This document shows, piece after piece, positions 38,476 to 48,668 of a stretch of 64,000 bases of DNA. Source of the stretch: Fidelibacterota bacterium MT.SAG.2 (GTDB lineage: Bacteria; Fidelibacterota; SORT01); contig SORU01000006.1 of NCBI GenBank assembly GCA_004402915.1, forward strand, positions 9,705 to 73,704, read 5' to 3'. How positions within the stretch are numbered: position 1 is the stretch's first letter; every line of letters starts with the position of its first letter. The translations under genes were made by a program, and so were the position numbers. The notes beneath the pieces are model-generated. The model was not told the origin of the DNA. It did no database searches and saw only the letters and a list, made by a program, of their open reading frames with translations.

Positions 38476-40401
38476 ATGAAAGAAGAGATTAAAATAACAC
38501 TGCCGGATGGAACTATAATAAAACACTCCAATGGTGTTACCGGAAATGAGGTAGCTTCTGCGATTGGCGCCGGTTTAGCGAAGGCAGCGCTCTCCATTAA
38601 AGTTAACGGTGAGCTTTATGATCTTTCTCGTCCTATTCTTGAAGACGCCAAGATAGAAATATTAACCGATAAAAGTGAAGAATCGAAAACAATTATCTGG
38701 CACAGCACAAGTCATATAATGGCTCAAGCCGTCCAAGAGTTATTCCCGGGTACAAAAGTGACTCTCGGTCCACCGATAGCCGACGGCTTTTACTATGATT
38801 TCGATACAGAAAAACCGTTTACAACTGATGACCTCGAAAAGATAGAAACACGAATGGCAGAAATAATCAGTGGTGATCATGAATTCACACGAGAGACGAT
38901 TCAAAGGGATGATGCAATAAGAATGTTCAAAGAGAAGGGAGAAGAATATAAGCTCGAAATTCTTTCGGAGATAGAGGATGAAACGGTTTCGATCTATACC
39001 CAAAATGATTGGACAGACCTGTGCAGGGGTCCTCATATTCCGTCGACTTCAAAAATAAAATCTTTCAAACTGCTTAAAATAGCAGGTTCTTATTGGAGAG
39101 GAGATGAAAAAAGACAACAACTACAAAGAATCTACGGCACTTCTTATTCTAATGAAAAAGAACTTGAACAGCATCTGAACAGATTAAAGGAAGCAAAGCT
39201 GCGAGATCACCGCAAGATAGGGAAAGAGCTCGAATTGTTCGCATTCCATGATATCGCACCCGGTTCTCCATTTTGGCTGCCTAACGGCATGATACTGATC
39301 AGGGAGCTTGAAAAATATTTAAGAGAAAAGCTGGATGAAGCCGGATATGTGGAAGCATCAACTCCGATGCTTGTCAAGAAATCTCTTTGGGAAAAATCAG
39401 GTCATTGGGATTATTATCGGGACAACATGTTTGTAGTTGAAGATGGAGAGGAAGTTTATGCTTTAAAACCGATGAATTGCCCCGAATCAACCTACATATA
39501 CGCCGCAAAAACCAGATCTTACAGGGATCTGCCGATTCGGATCGCAGAAATTGGCAGATTGCACAGAAATGAAGTTTCGGGCGCTTTGGGCGGCTTATTT
39601 AGAGTTAGACAGTTTACGATGGATGATGCTCATCTTTTTTTACTTCCAAGCCAAATAACCGAAGAGGTAAACGGTTGCATGAAACTCATCAGTGACTTTT
39701 ACTCCATTTTCGGGTTTGAACCGAAGTATTATTTCGCCACTAAACCGGATAAAGCTCTTGGTGACCCTGAGTTATGGGATAAAGCTGAAGTAGCGCTTAA
39801 AGCCGCTCTCGACACTCAGAATATAGATTATAAGTTGAATGAAAAAGATGGAGCCTTTTACGGGCCGAAAATAGATATACAAGTCAAAGACGCATTAGGC
39901 CGATCATGGCAGTTAGCTACTATTCAACTTGATTTTGTTCTTCCCGAGCGATTTGGGCTGAACTATATAGATGAAAATGATAAAAAACAAAGACCTGTAA
40001 TGATTCACCGGGCAATTTTCGGTTCATTTGAGCGGTTTATAGGTGTGCTAATAGAGCATTTTACAGGGAATTTCCCTACCTGGTTAGCCCCGGTACAAGT
40101 GGTGGTCATCCCCATATCAGAAAAACATATTAAATATGCAACAAAAGTATACGAAAGCTTGATAAAGACAGGTGTACGAGTTAATCTTGACAGTAGATCG
40201 GAAAAAATGGGAGCAAAAATTCGCGAAAGCGAAACTATGAAGATACCATATATGTTGGTTGTTGGCGAGAAAGAAACCGAAAATTCGTCTGTTTCCGTTC
40301 GCAAGCATCTGACAGGCGATCAGGGCCAGAAACCATTGGAGGAGTTTATTAAAGAGATAAAAGAAGAGATTACAGAACGAAGATTGAATAATCTAAATTG
40401 A
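38476..40401 (+). CDS. thrS: threonine--tRNA ligase
   Basis: Begins MKEEIKITLPDGT (TGS domain). HSTSHIMAQAV editing-domain motif. Class II core and anticodon-binding domain. The ORF extension back to 38425 lies inside the tRNA and is discounted. Confidence 0.9.
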   Translation: MKEEIKITLPDGTIIKHSNGVTGNEVASAIGAGLAKAALSIKVNGELYDLSRPILEDAKIEILTDKSEESKTIIWHSTSHIMAQAVQELFPGTKVTLGPPIADGFYYDFDTEKPFTTDDLEKIETRMAEIISGDHEFTRETIQRDDAIRMFKEKGEEYKLEILSEIEDETVSIYTQNDWTDLCRGPHIPSTSKIKSFKLLKIAGSYWRGDEKRQQLQRIYGTSYSNEKELEQHLNRLKEAKLRDHRKIGKELELFAFHDIAPGSPFWLPNGMILIRELEKYLREKLDEAGYVEASTPMLVKKSLWEKSGHWDYYRDNMFVVEDGEEVYALKPMNCPESTYIYAAKTRSYRDLPIRIAEIGRLHRNEVSGALGGLFRVRQFTMDDAHLFLLPSQITEEVNGCMKLISDFYSIFGFEPKYYFATKPDKALGDPELWDKAEVALKAALDTQNIDYKLNEKDGAFYGPKIDIQVKDALGRSWQLATIQLDFVLPERFGLNYIDENDKKQRPVMIHRAIFGSFERFIGVLIEHFTGNFPTWLAPVQVVVIPISEKHIKYATKVYESLIKTGVRVNLDSRSEKMGAKIRESETMKIPYMLVVGEKETENSSVSVRKHLTGDQGQKPLEEFIKEIKEEITERRLNNLN

Positions 40402-40919
40402 GAAGAAATAAACCGAGTAACGACGCAAGGATTAATGAAGAAATTAATTCTTCTCAAGTTCGACTCATAGCCGAAGATGGTGAAGCGCTTGGCGTAATGA
40501 CTTCAACTGAAGCTCTTGAAATTGCGAATGATAGAGGTTTCGATTTAGTAGAAATTGCTCCTGATGCTGACCCCTCAGTTTGTAAGCTAATGGACTATGG
40601 AAAGTTTAAGTACGAAAAACGAAGGAAAGATAAGGAAGCAAAAAAGAAACAGCACGTTATACACGTTAAGGAAGTCAGATTCCGACCGATGATAGAAGAA
40701 CATGATTTCCAGACAAAAATTAAGAAGGCAAAAAAGTTTTTGGAAGCAAAGAATAAATTAAAAATTACCGTCATGTTCCGTGGTCGCGAGATGACTCATT
40801 TGGAATATGGTGATATGTTGATGGATAAAATTAAGGCTGAACTTGAAGATATCTCAATTATTGCCTCTCAACCTTCTCGAGAAGGTCGTTTTATAACGGC
40901 ATTCTTTATGCCAAAATAA
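40398..40919 (+). CDS. infC: translation initiation factor IF-3
   Basis: RINEEINSSQVRLI ... DLVEIAPDADPSVCKLMDYGKF ... VMFRGREM. The only in-frame start after the upstream TAA is TTG 40398, which overlaps the thrS TGA (TTGA). Confidence 0.9.
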   Translation: MRRNKPSNDARINEEINSSQVRLIAEDGEALGVMTSTEALEIANDRGFDLVEIAPDADPSVCKLMDYGKFKYEKRRKDKEAKKKQHVIHVKEVRFRPMIEEHDFQTKIKKAKKFLEAKNKLKITVMFRGREMTHLEYGDMLMDKIKAELEDISIIASQPSREGRFITAFFMPK

Positions 40920-40942
40920 AAAATTAATCAGGAAAAATAAAA

Positions 40943-41137
40943 ATGCCAAAAATGAAAAGTCACCGAGGAGCTTCAAAACGTTTTAAGACCACAAAGTCCG
41001 GTAAGGTAAAACGGAAAAAAGCTTATACAAGCCACATTCTAAATAAGAAGTCTACAAAGAGAAAAAGGAACCTCCGGAAAAGCACGCATGTAAGTAAACC
41101 GGAAGAAAAAAATATTAGATTGTTAATATCAAAATAG
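40943..41137 (+). CDS. rpmI: 50S ribosomal protein L35
   Basis: [27 protein letters not shown]. Confidence 0.95.
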   Translation: MPKMKSHRGASKRFKTTKSGKVKRKKAYTSHILNKKSTKRKRNLRKSTHVSKPEEKNIRLLISK

Positions 41138-41157
41138 ATTTTAGGAGATTTAGATAG

Positions 41158-41511
41158 ATGCCAAGAACTACCAATGCCGTTGCGAGAAAGAGCCGGCACA
41201 AAAAAATTCTTAAAGCTGCCAAAGGATATCGTGGAGGTAGAAGTAAACTTTACAAAACTGCAAAAGAGTCCGTTGACAAAGCGCTGATGTACAGTTACAG
41301 GGACAGGAAAAAGAGGAAGGGCGACTTCAGGCGACTTTGGATTGTGAGAATTAATGCTGCTGCGCGTCTTAATGGACTAAGCTATTCTAATTTTATCGCA
41401 GGAATGAATGCAGCTGGAATAATTTTAGACAGGAAAGTATTATCCGATATTGCCGTTAATGACCCTGAAGCATTCAGTCTAATTTCAGAGAAGGTCAAAA
41501 AGGCATCATAA
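41158..41511 (+). CDS. rplT: 50S ribosomal protein L20
   Basis: [26 protein letters not shown] ... [13 protein letters not shown]. Confidence 0.95.
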   Translation: MPRTTNAVARKSRHKKILKAAKGYRGGRSKLYKTAKESVDKALMYSYRDRKKRKGDFRRLWIVRINAAARLNGLSYSNFIAGMNAAGIILDRKVLSDIAVNDPEAFSLISEKVKKAS

Positions 41512-41523
41512 TAATATGCCTGT

Positions 41524-42540
41524 ATGACTCTTCCGGATAACGATAATCTTCGTAAGGAATTTGACAGCGATTTAGAAAATTCCATAGATTTACTTTCAAT
41601 AGAAGAACTACGTATAAAATACTTAGGCCGTAAAGGGATCATAGCCTCTTTGATGGAGTCTATGAAGGACTTGCCCGATAATGAAAAACCTGTTTTCGGC
41701 AAATCTGTAAACGAGTTAAAAAAGTATTTCAATACCAATTATGAGTCAGCTTTAAAGAAGGCAAACAGCGAAAAACAATCAGACTCGTCTCCTGATTTTG
41801 ATAATACTCTGCCGGGTGTGGAAATCTCTCTTGGGAAAAAGCATCCTTTGACTCAAGTATGGGAAGAGATGTTGGATATATTTACCCGAATGGGTTTTGA
41901 AGTAGCGAGAGGACCGGAAGTTGAAACGGAGTATTATAATTTTACCGCTTTGAATTTTCCGGAAAATCATCCGGCTCGTGATATGCAGGATACCTTGTAT
42001 ATAACTGATGATACGATGCTTCGAACACATACTTCCCCTGTTCAGATTCGCACTATGCTTTCAACAACTCCTCCGGTAAGGGTCATCGTTCCAGGTAGAG
42101 TCTATAGAAACGAGGCGATAAGCGCCCGTAGTTACTGCGTATTCAATCAAATTGAGGGATTATATATTGATAAAGGAATCAGTCTTGCGGATCTGAAAGG
42201 AACACTGATATCCTTCGCAAAACAATTATTGGGCAGTAACGTAAAAACCCGCTTCAGGGCAAGTTATTTCCCTTTTACGGAACCAAGCGCCGAGATGGAT
42301 GTCTCCTGTATTATCTGCGAAGGAAAGGGGTGCAGGGTCTGTAAGCATACAGGATGGCTCGAACTCCTTGGATCCGGAATGGTCGATCCGAACGTACTTA
42401 GAAATGTCGGCTACGACCCGGAAGTATATAGTGGATTCGCTTGGGGGTTAGGCATAGAGAGAACCACAATGATGCGATACGGTATAAAAGACATAAGATA
42501 TTTTTATGACGGCGACCTTCGCTTCTTAGAACAGTTTTAA
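41524..42540 (+). CDS. pheS: phenylalanine--tRNA ligase alpha subunit
   Basis: HPLTQVWEEM ... FPENHPARDMQDT ... FRASYFPFTEPS ... GFAWGLGIERT. Confidence 0.95.
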   Translation: MTLPDNDNLRKEFDSDLENSIDLLSIEELRIKYLGRKGIIASLMESMKDLPDNEKPVFGKSVNELKKYFNTNYESALKKANSEKQSDSSPDFDNTLPGVEISLGKKHPLTQVWEEMLDIFTRMGFEVARGPEVETEYYNFTALNFPENHPARDMQDTLYITDDTMLRTHTSPVQIRTMLSTTPPVRVIVPGRVYRNEAISARSYCVFNQIEGLYIDKGISLADLKGTLISFAKQLLGSNVKTRFRASYFPFTEPSAEMDVSCIICEGKGCRVCKHTGWLELLGSGMVDPNVLRNVGYDPEVYSGFAWGLGIERTTMMRYGIKDIRYFYDGDLRFLEQF

Positions 42541-42549
42541 TATTAGATC

Positions 42550-44937
42550 ATGAAAATCTCCCTTAATTGGTTATCAAAATATATCAGTATCAAAAAATCT
42601 CCTGAAGAGATCTCTGAATTACTCACCATGGCCGGCTTGGAAGTCAGTTCTCTTAAAAAAGGCAATTCATTTGACGGCGTTCTGATTGGTGAAGTAAAAG
42701 AGTGCACAAAACATCCCAACGCTGATAAGCTTTCATTATGCAAAGTTGACATAGGCGCCGATGAAGAATTACCTATCGTTTGCGGCGCTCCAAATGTCAG
42801 AGCAGGCATGAAGGTTCCGGTAGCCACGGTGGGTACTGTATTACCCGAAGATTTTAAAATAAAAAAAGCAAAGATCAGAGGAGAAGAATCGAGAGGGATG
42901 ATATGTTCTGAAAAGGAGCTTCAAATTTCCGATTCCCATGAAGGCATTATGGTGCTGCCGGATGAATGGAAAATCGGCACTCCTTTTTCTGATTTGTATG
43001 ATACCAGCGACACGCTGATCGAACTCGATTTAACTCCCAACCGGCCTGATGCATTAAGCCATATAGGTGTGGCAAGAGACCTTTCCGCAATTCTAAATCT
43101 TGATCTGCAGAAACCATCGTTTAAATTGGATGAATCGAAAGTTGATGCTTCATCGGAATATTCTGTAGAGATTGAAGATAAGGTCGGATGTCCCAGGTTC
43201 GCCATTCGAATAATTAAAAATGTGAAGATAGATAAATCACCGGAATGGTTAAGTAAAAGTTTAAGAGCCATTGGAATACGATCTATAAACAACATTGTAG
43301 ATGCTTCCAACTATGTATTGATGGAGCTCGGTCATCCTATCCATACATTCGACATGGATAAATTAAGCGGGAATAAGATCATAATTCGTTCATCAATCAA
43401 AGATGAGAAAGTCGTTACGTTAGACGGCATCAAGCATAAATTACCTGAAGATACTGTCCTTGTGTGTGATGAGGAAAAACCGGTCGGTATCGGCGGCATA
43501 ATGGGATTGCAAAATTCTGAAGTCAGTGATGACACCATAAATCTTTTAATCGAATGCGCATATTTCGACCCCGGTAAAATACGAAAAAGCTCAAAAAAAC
43601 TCGGATTATACACTGAAGCGTCTAAACGGTTTGAACGAGGCTGCGACCCCAACGATATTGAATTCGTTCTTGACCGGGTTTGTTCTGTTATACTTGAGAC
43701 TGCCGGAGGAGAACTGTCGAAGGGGATAATTGATATTTATCCTTCCATAATAGATAAAGTAAAAATTCGATTAAGACAGAAAAGCGTCAATTCCGTTATA
43801 GGCATGGAGGTATCTGAAACTACCGTTAAAGAGATACTGAATAGGCTCGAATATGAAATCAGATCGGAAAAAGACGATAATTATGAACTCCTTGTTCCTT
43901 CCTTCCGACCCGATGTAGAAAGGGAAATTGACGTTATAGAAGAGGTGGCGAGGATTGTCGGTTATGACAAAATACCTCCATCAGAACATGCATTGATTCC
44001 GCTTTCATCAAGTCCAAATAACAATGAATCACAAAATATCAAACTGAAGAACATGCTTGTTGGTTTCGGCTTTAGTGAAATTTATACAAATAGTTTAATG
44101 CCCTATAAATTATGGAAGTTATCCGGGGACTCAGACGAACCTGTAAGGGTGACAAATCCCATCAGTATGGATATGGAGTGCTTGCGGTCGTCTTTAATGC
44201 CGAGAATGCTCGAGGCAGTGAGCTATAACTTTAATCGACAGAGAAAATCGGTCAAGCTGTTTGAAGATGGAATTGTCATTACACCTGATAAAAAATCAGA
44301 AACCGGCGTCGAAGAAATCCATAAGGTAGCAGCAATAATTGCCGGGGAGTTAAGCAGCGGAAATTGGATCGGCGAAAACAGTTCAGCTGATTATTTTTTC
44401 CTTAAAGGAGTAGTTGAGGCGTATCTGAAAGCTATTGGCTTTTCAACTGTTACTTTCACTGAATCCTCTAACAATTCATATCATAATAGGTATGACATCA
44501 TTGATAACGGTAGTAAGTTAGGGTTTATGGGTGAAATATCTCAGCCGGTTTTAAAAGAATTTGATTTGGAAGTTGGAGTATTTTACTTTGAACTTGAGGT
44601 TAGTTTATTACTTAAAGAGATGAAAAAGGATATTTCATTTTTAGAACCGAGCAAATATCCATCAATAATGCGTGATCTGTCGTTCATTATAGATGATTCG
44701 ATGCAATCGGAGAAATTGACTGCCATATTTGAGGGAACCAATACAGATTTATTGAAAAGTTTCAAAATTAGCTCGGTCTATAAAGGATCTCCTTTAAAAG
44801 AAAATGAGAAAAGTATTACATATCATCTGATATTTTCGTCCAACGAAAGAACCTTAGAAGAGTCGGAGATCGATAAAATATGTGAAGGCATAATTAATGT
44901 TGCGTCTGATTCTTTAAATGCTAATTTGAGAGTATAA
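42550..44937 (+). CDS. pheT: phenylalanine--tRNA ligase beta subunit
   Basis: MKISLNWLSKYI, a tRNA-binding OB domain (KHPNADKLSLCKVD), B3/4, B5 and FDX-ACB-like C-terminal domains. 795 aa. Confidence 0.95.
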   Translation: MKISLNWLSKYISIKKSPEEISELLTMAGLEVSSLKKGNSFDGVLIGEVKECTKHPNADKLSLCKVDIGADEELPIVCGAPNVRAGMKVPVATVGTVLPEDFKIKKAKIRGEESRGMICSEKELQISDSHEGIMVLPDEWKIGTPFSDLYDTSDTLIELDLTPNRPDALSHIGVARDLSAILNLDLQKPSFKLDESKVDASSEYSVEIEDKVGCPRFAIRIIKNVKIDKSPEWLSKSLRAIGIRSINNIVDASNYVLMELGHPIHTFDMDKLSGNKIIIRSSIKDEKVVTLDGIKHKLPEDTVLVCDEEKPVGIGGIMGLQNSEVSDDTINLLIECAYFDPGKIRKSSKKLGLYTEASKRFERGCDPNDIEFVLDRVCSVILETAGGELSKGIIDIYPSIIDKVKIRLRQKSVNSVIGMEVSETTVKEILNRLEYEIRSEKDDNYELLVPSFRPDVEREIDVIEEVARIVGYDKIPPSEHALIPLSSSPNNNESQNIKLKNMLVGFGFSEIYTNSLMPYKLWKLSGDSDEPVRVTNPISMDMECLRSSLMPRMLEAVSYNFNRQRKSVKLFEDGIVITPDKKSETGVEEIHKVAAIIAGELSSGNWIGENSSADYFFLKGVVEAYLKAIGFSTVTFTESSNNSYHNRYDIIDNGSKLGFMGEISQPVLKEFDLEVGVFYFELEVSLLLKEMKKDISFLEPSKYPSIMRDLSFIIDDSMQSEKLTAIFEGTNTDLLKSFKISSVYKGSPLKENEKSITYHLIFSSNERTLEESEIDKICEGIINVASDSLNANLRV

Positions 44938-44952
44938 TTCGGAGTAATATAT

Positions 44953-45165
44953 ATGGAAGCACACAATTTTAATATTCTTGAATCGAAAATTAAACAGGCA
45001 ATCGATGAAATTAATAAACTAAAACGAGAGAATGTAGAATTACGTTCAAGAATGAATGAAACATCAACATCCGAAAATTCCGTCACCATGGATTTTGATT
45101 CAAAGAATAAATCGGAATTATTACAAAAAGTTGATGAAATGTTGCATGTACTTGATAAAATATAA
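44953..45165 (+). CDS. small coiled-coil protein, ZapB-like
   Basis: 70 aa with heptad-rich LESKIKQAIDEINKLKRENVELRSR. It lies immediately upstream of zapA. Confidence 0.45.
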   Translation: MEAHNFNILESKIKQAIDEINKLKRENVELRSRMNETSTSENSVTMDFDSKNKSELLQKVDEMLHVLDKI

Positions 45166-45222
45166 TTACTCTGCAAAGTGTTCCTAATGAACTCTAATAA
45201 CACAGAGGATTTACCTTAGTCA

Positions 45223-45531
45223 ATGGAAAAACCGGATAATTTAGTCAAAGTTGATATTTACGGAAAAGAATATACTGTTAAAGGCGACGCAGATAAAGCA
45301 TATATAGAGAGTGTAGCAGAATATGTAGACGGTAAGATGAAAGAGGTTGACGCGAACGTTCCCTTTGAATCATCGTTGAGGGTAGCCATATTAGCTGCAA
45401 TGAATATTACCGACGAGCTTTTCAGTCAAAAAAGTGATAAGTCCGTTGAAACAGACGATCTCGAAGAAAAAGCTAAAGCGCTCGTTGAACAATTAGAAGA
45501 AACTTTAGAAGGCACCACAAGCACCGACTGA
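45223..45531 (+). CDS. zapA: cell division protein ZapA
   Basis: VKVDIYGKEYTVKGDADKAYIESVAEYVDGKMKEV ... VAILAAMNITDEL matches the ZapA pattern. Confidence 0.75.
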   Translation: MEKPDNLVKVDIYGKEYTVKGDADKAYIESVAEYVDGKMKEVDANVPFESSLRVAILAAMNITDELFSQKSDKSVETDDLEEKAKALVEQLEETLEGTTSTD

Positions 45532-45681
45532 GATAATCGGCATCAACTAATACCTTCAATATTTTATCCAATAAAAACGATTTTTCTTTTTGGCGAGGGA
45601 ATATGAAATTAACATGAATATTCCGAATGCAGATCTTGCTCTTTTTATTTCATTCAGAACAAGTATCTATGGTATCATCCA

Positions 45682-47241
45682 ATGACATTCAGCGAAGTAA
45701 TATTTCTGCTGTTTGTCGGGGCGACCGGCACCCTGATCGGTTGGATAGTATCAGCGAAATTCCAGAAGAACAAAATTATTGGCGCGGAAAGGAGTGCCGC
45801 AAGTATTATTGAAAGAGCCAATAAAGAAGCCAAGACGATTGAAAAAGAGATATTGGTCGAGGCGAAAGATGCTTCGTTTAGAATGAAATCAGAGGTTGAA
45901 AACCAGCTAAGCGAGAAATCAAAACTAATGCAAGATAGGGAGAACAGTCTAAACCAAAGAGAATTAGGAATCGAACGTAAATCGGATCTGCTTGATAGGA
46001 AGGAATCAAACCTTATTTCATCCGAAGAGGATTTAGATGAAAGATCAAGGCTTCTAAAGAAAAAAGACCAGAAATTCAGCGAGCTCATCGAAGATCAAAA
46101 TATTAAACTCGAAAATATATCCAAAATATCTCAAGAAGAGGCAAAGGAGATATTAATGAAAAATTTGATGGAAAAAGCTCGCCAAGATTCAGCTCTGAAA
46201 GTGAAGGAAATAAAAGATGAAAGTATCAGAACCGCGGTATTGGAAGCAAAAAAGATAATAGTATCCGCCATACAACGCTGCGCAGCCGATCATTCATCCG
46301 AGAATAGTGTGTCAGTGGTTCATTTACCGAGTGATTCCATGAAGGGCAGGATCATTGGCAGAGAAGGGAGAAATATTCGTTCGTTCGAGTCGATTACAGG
46401 AATAGAGGTCATAATAGATGATACTCCGGAAGCGGTCGTTATATCCGGTTTTGATCCTGTCAGAAGGGAGATAGCTCGTTTATCTCTTGAAACTTTAGTA
46501 ACTGATGGTCGCATTCATCCAGCGAGAATCGAGGAAGTCGTTAAAAAGACGAAAGAAGAAATAAACGATTTTATGAAGGTTGCCGCGGAAGATTCAATCC
46601 TCGAGTTAAATATACCACGCCCGCATGATGAGATCATGAAACTGCTCGGTCGCATGAATTATAGAACGAGTTACGGACAGAACGTACTGAAGCACAGCGT
46701 GGAGGTCGGTATGCTTGCGGGTTTAATGGCAGCTGAATTGTCGCTTGACGGCGATATTGCGAAAATATCGGGTTTACTTCACGACATAGGGAAAGTTCTT
46801 GATAAAGATACCACAGGTCCACACGCAATTACCGGAGCGAACGTAGTGCGAAAATACATCGATAATGATATCATCATCAATGCTATAGAATCTCACCATG
46901 AAGAGGTTGAGATGACAAATCCGATCTCTGCACTCGTTCAAGCGGCTGATTCCATTAGCGGAGCAAGAAGGGGGGCAAGAGGAGATACACTTGAAGCTTA
47001 TATAAAGAGGATGACCGATCTGGAGAAATTAGTAGAATCTTTCAGAGGTGTTTCCAAATCATATGCTATTCAGGCAGGAAGGGAAATCAGGGTGGTTGTC
47101 GAAAATGATCGGGTTGATGATGCTTCAATGGATGCTCTTTCAACGGAAATATCCGACAAAATTCAAGCTGAATTAACCTATCCGGGTCAGATAAAAGTAG
47201 TGCTCATAAGAGAACAGCGCTCCGTCTCTTTTGCAAAGTGA
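45682..47241 (+). CDS. rny: ribonuclease Y
   Basis: N-terminal TM anchor, long coiled coil, KH domain (GRIIGREGRNIRSFE) and HD domain (HSVEVG ... LHDIGK). Confidence 0.95.
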   Translation: MTFSEVIFLLFVGATGTLIGWIVSAKFQKNKIIGAERSAASIIERANKEAKTIEKEILVEAKDASFRMKSEVENQLSEKSKLMQDRENSLNQRELGIERKSDLLDRKESNLISSEEDLDERSRLLKKKDQKFSELIEDQNIKLENISKISQEEAKEILMKNLMEKARQDSALKVKEIKDESIRTAVLEAKKIIVSAIQRCAADHSSENSVSVVHLPSDSMKGRIIGREGRNIRSFESITGIEVIIDDTPEAVVISGFDPVRREIARLSLETLVTDGRIHPARIEEVVKKTKEEINDFMKVAAEDSILELNIPRPHDEIMKLLGRMNYRTSYGQNVLKHSVEVGMLAGLMAAELSLDGDIAKISGLLHDIGKVLDKDTTGPHAITGANVVRKYIDNDIIINAIESHHEEVEMTNPISALVQAADSISGARRGARGDTLEAYIKRMTDLEKLVESFRGVSKSYAIQAGREIRVVVENDRVDDASMDALSTEISDKIQAELTYPGQIKVVLIREQRSVSFAK

Positions 47242-47251
47242 TGATGATTCG

Positions 47252-48127
47252 ATGAAAATAATAAATGGTAAAGAGATCGCTAAGGAAATTCGCAGTGAAA
47301 TAGAGAACGAATTAGTAAATCTTAAAAATAGAAATATCACTCCCGGTCTCGCCGTTATTCTTGTGGGAGATGATCCTGCATCGAATACTTACGTTCGCAT
47401 GAAACAGAAGATGTGTGAAGAATTGGGTATTAAAACAAAAGACTCACGTCCGGGTTCGGATATTTCACAAGAAGAATTGCATCTTCTGATAGAGCAATTT
47501 AACTCAGATGACGAAATCCACGGGATACTCGTTCAGCTGCCGCTGCCAGATCAGATAGACGAAAAATTAGCTCTTTCCAAAGTTCTGCCAGAAAAGGATG
47601 TGGATGGTTTTCACCCAGTCAATGTAGGAAAAGTTACTCTCGGCGAAGGAGGTTTCATTCCTGCCACGCCGGCAGGCATAATTGAAATACTGATGAGAAG
47701 CGGAAATGATCCTGCCGGTAAGAACTTAGTAATAATCGGAAGAAGCAGAATTGTCGGGAGACCATTACTGAATCTGTTGACCCAAAAACGTAAGGGAGGC
47801 AACGCAACTGTCACTCTGTGTCATACGGCTACGGAAGATTTGTCTTTCCATACCTTGAACGCCGATATAATTATCGCTGCCGCGGGGAGCGTCAATATCT
47901 TGGACGCTTCCATGATCAAAGAGGGAGTCGTCATAATTGACGTAGGAGCAAATAGGGTTGAAGATCCTACCAAAAAATCCGGATACAGGCTTGTGGGTGA
48001 TGTTGATTTTGATTCGGTTGTGGATAAAGCCTCTGCGATAACTCCCGTACCTGGCGGAGTCGGCCCCTTGACGATAATCATGCTGATGAAAAATTGTGTT
48101 ATAGCTGCCGGTGGATCGTTTAATTAA
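47252..48127 (+). CDS. folD: bifunctional methylenetetrahydrofolate dehydrogenase/cyclohydrolase
   Basis: MKIINGKEIA ... PGLAVILVGDDPAS ... GILVQLPLP ... PGGVGPLTI. ATG 47252 is preferred over the ORF start at 47231, which overlaps rny. Confidence 0.9.
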   Translation: MKIINGKEIAKEIRSEIENELVNLKNRNITPGLAVILVGDDPASNTYVRMKQKMCEELGIKTKDSRPGSDISQEELHLLIEQFNSDDEIHGILVQLPLPDQIDEKLALSKVLPEKDVDGFHPVNVGKVTLGEGGFIPATPAGIIEILMRSGNDPAGKNLVIIGRSRIVGRPLLNLLTQKRKGGNATVTLCHTATEDLSFHTLNADIIIAAAGSVNILDASMIKEGVVIIDVGANRVEDPTKKSGYRLVGDVDFDSVVDKASAITPVPGGVGPLTIIMLMKNCVIAAGGSFN

Positions 48128-48198
48128 GTAGATTCAATTATTTATTAAATTTCTTTTGAAAAGATTTCTCGGTATTATAGATAAAGTAAGTGTAATAC

Positions 48199-48272
48199 GC
48201 GCCAGTAGCTCAGTTGGATAGAGTGTTGGCCTCCGAAGCCAAAGGTCGCAGGTTCGAATCCTGCCTGGCGTA
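48199..48272 (+). tRNA. tRNA-Arg (anticodon CCG)
   Basis: Manual cloverleaf of 74 nt: acceptor GCGCCAG/CTGGCGT (G1-U72), D arm GCTC-AGTTGGATA-GAGT, anticodon arm TTGGC-CTCCGAA-GCCAA, T arm GCAGG-TTCGAAT-CCTGC, discriminator A. Confidence 0.9.
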
Positions 48273-48326
48273 CATAATAGTATGAGGATATCCGACAATA
48301 CGAATAATCAGTAAAAAGAAAATAGT

Positions 48327-48653
48327 ATGACAGAGTTTGCGGTAGTGCTAATATCAGCTTCTTCAGAAAGTGAATCAGAAGAAATTATATCAACACTTCT
48401 GAACAAACGTCTGATCGCTTGCGCAAATTTAAGCTCTAAAACATCATCTTCTTATTGGTGGAAAGGGAGTATTGAAAAATCGGATGAATTTATTATTACA
48501 GCGAAAACCAGATTATCGTTGGTCGCAAAGATCACGGAAGAAGTGAAAATTATTCACAGTTACGAGGTGCCCGAGATAATTGCTCTGCCCGTATTAGATG
48601 GAAGCCGGGATTACCTGGATTGGCTTAACGATGAGCTTCCTTCTAATGAATAA
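48327..48653 (+). CDS. cutA: divalent-cation tolerance protein CutA
   Basis: LIACANL ... SSYWWKGSIEKSDEFIITAKT ... IHSYEVPEIIALPV. Confidence 0.85.
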   Translation: MTEFAVVLISASSESESEEIISTLLNKRLIACANLSSKTSSSYWWKGSIEKSDEFIITAKTRLSLVAKITEEVKIIHSYEVPEIIALPVLDGSRDYLDWLNDELPSNE

Positions 48654-48668
48654 TTTATCCTCTTGGCG

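Noticed and set aside
45532-45681. 6S RNA (ssrS), considered because ssrS follows zapA in E. coli
   Set aside because: The spacer is only about 150 nt. It shows a single short hairpin (GGAATAT/ATATTCC) and no long imperfect duplex with a central bubble.
45627-46088. ORF 45627..45812 (+) and the 137-aa antisense ORF 45675..46088 overlapping the rny 5' region
   Set aside because: The RNase Y frame is unambiguous (TM anchor, coiled coil, KH, HD). The antisense ORF is Ser/Leu-rich low complexity mirroring the Glu/Lys-rich coiled coil. Other antisense ORFs listed in the track (for example 42921..43310, 43332..43652, 2067..2456, 94..504) are rejected for the same reason.
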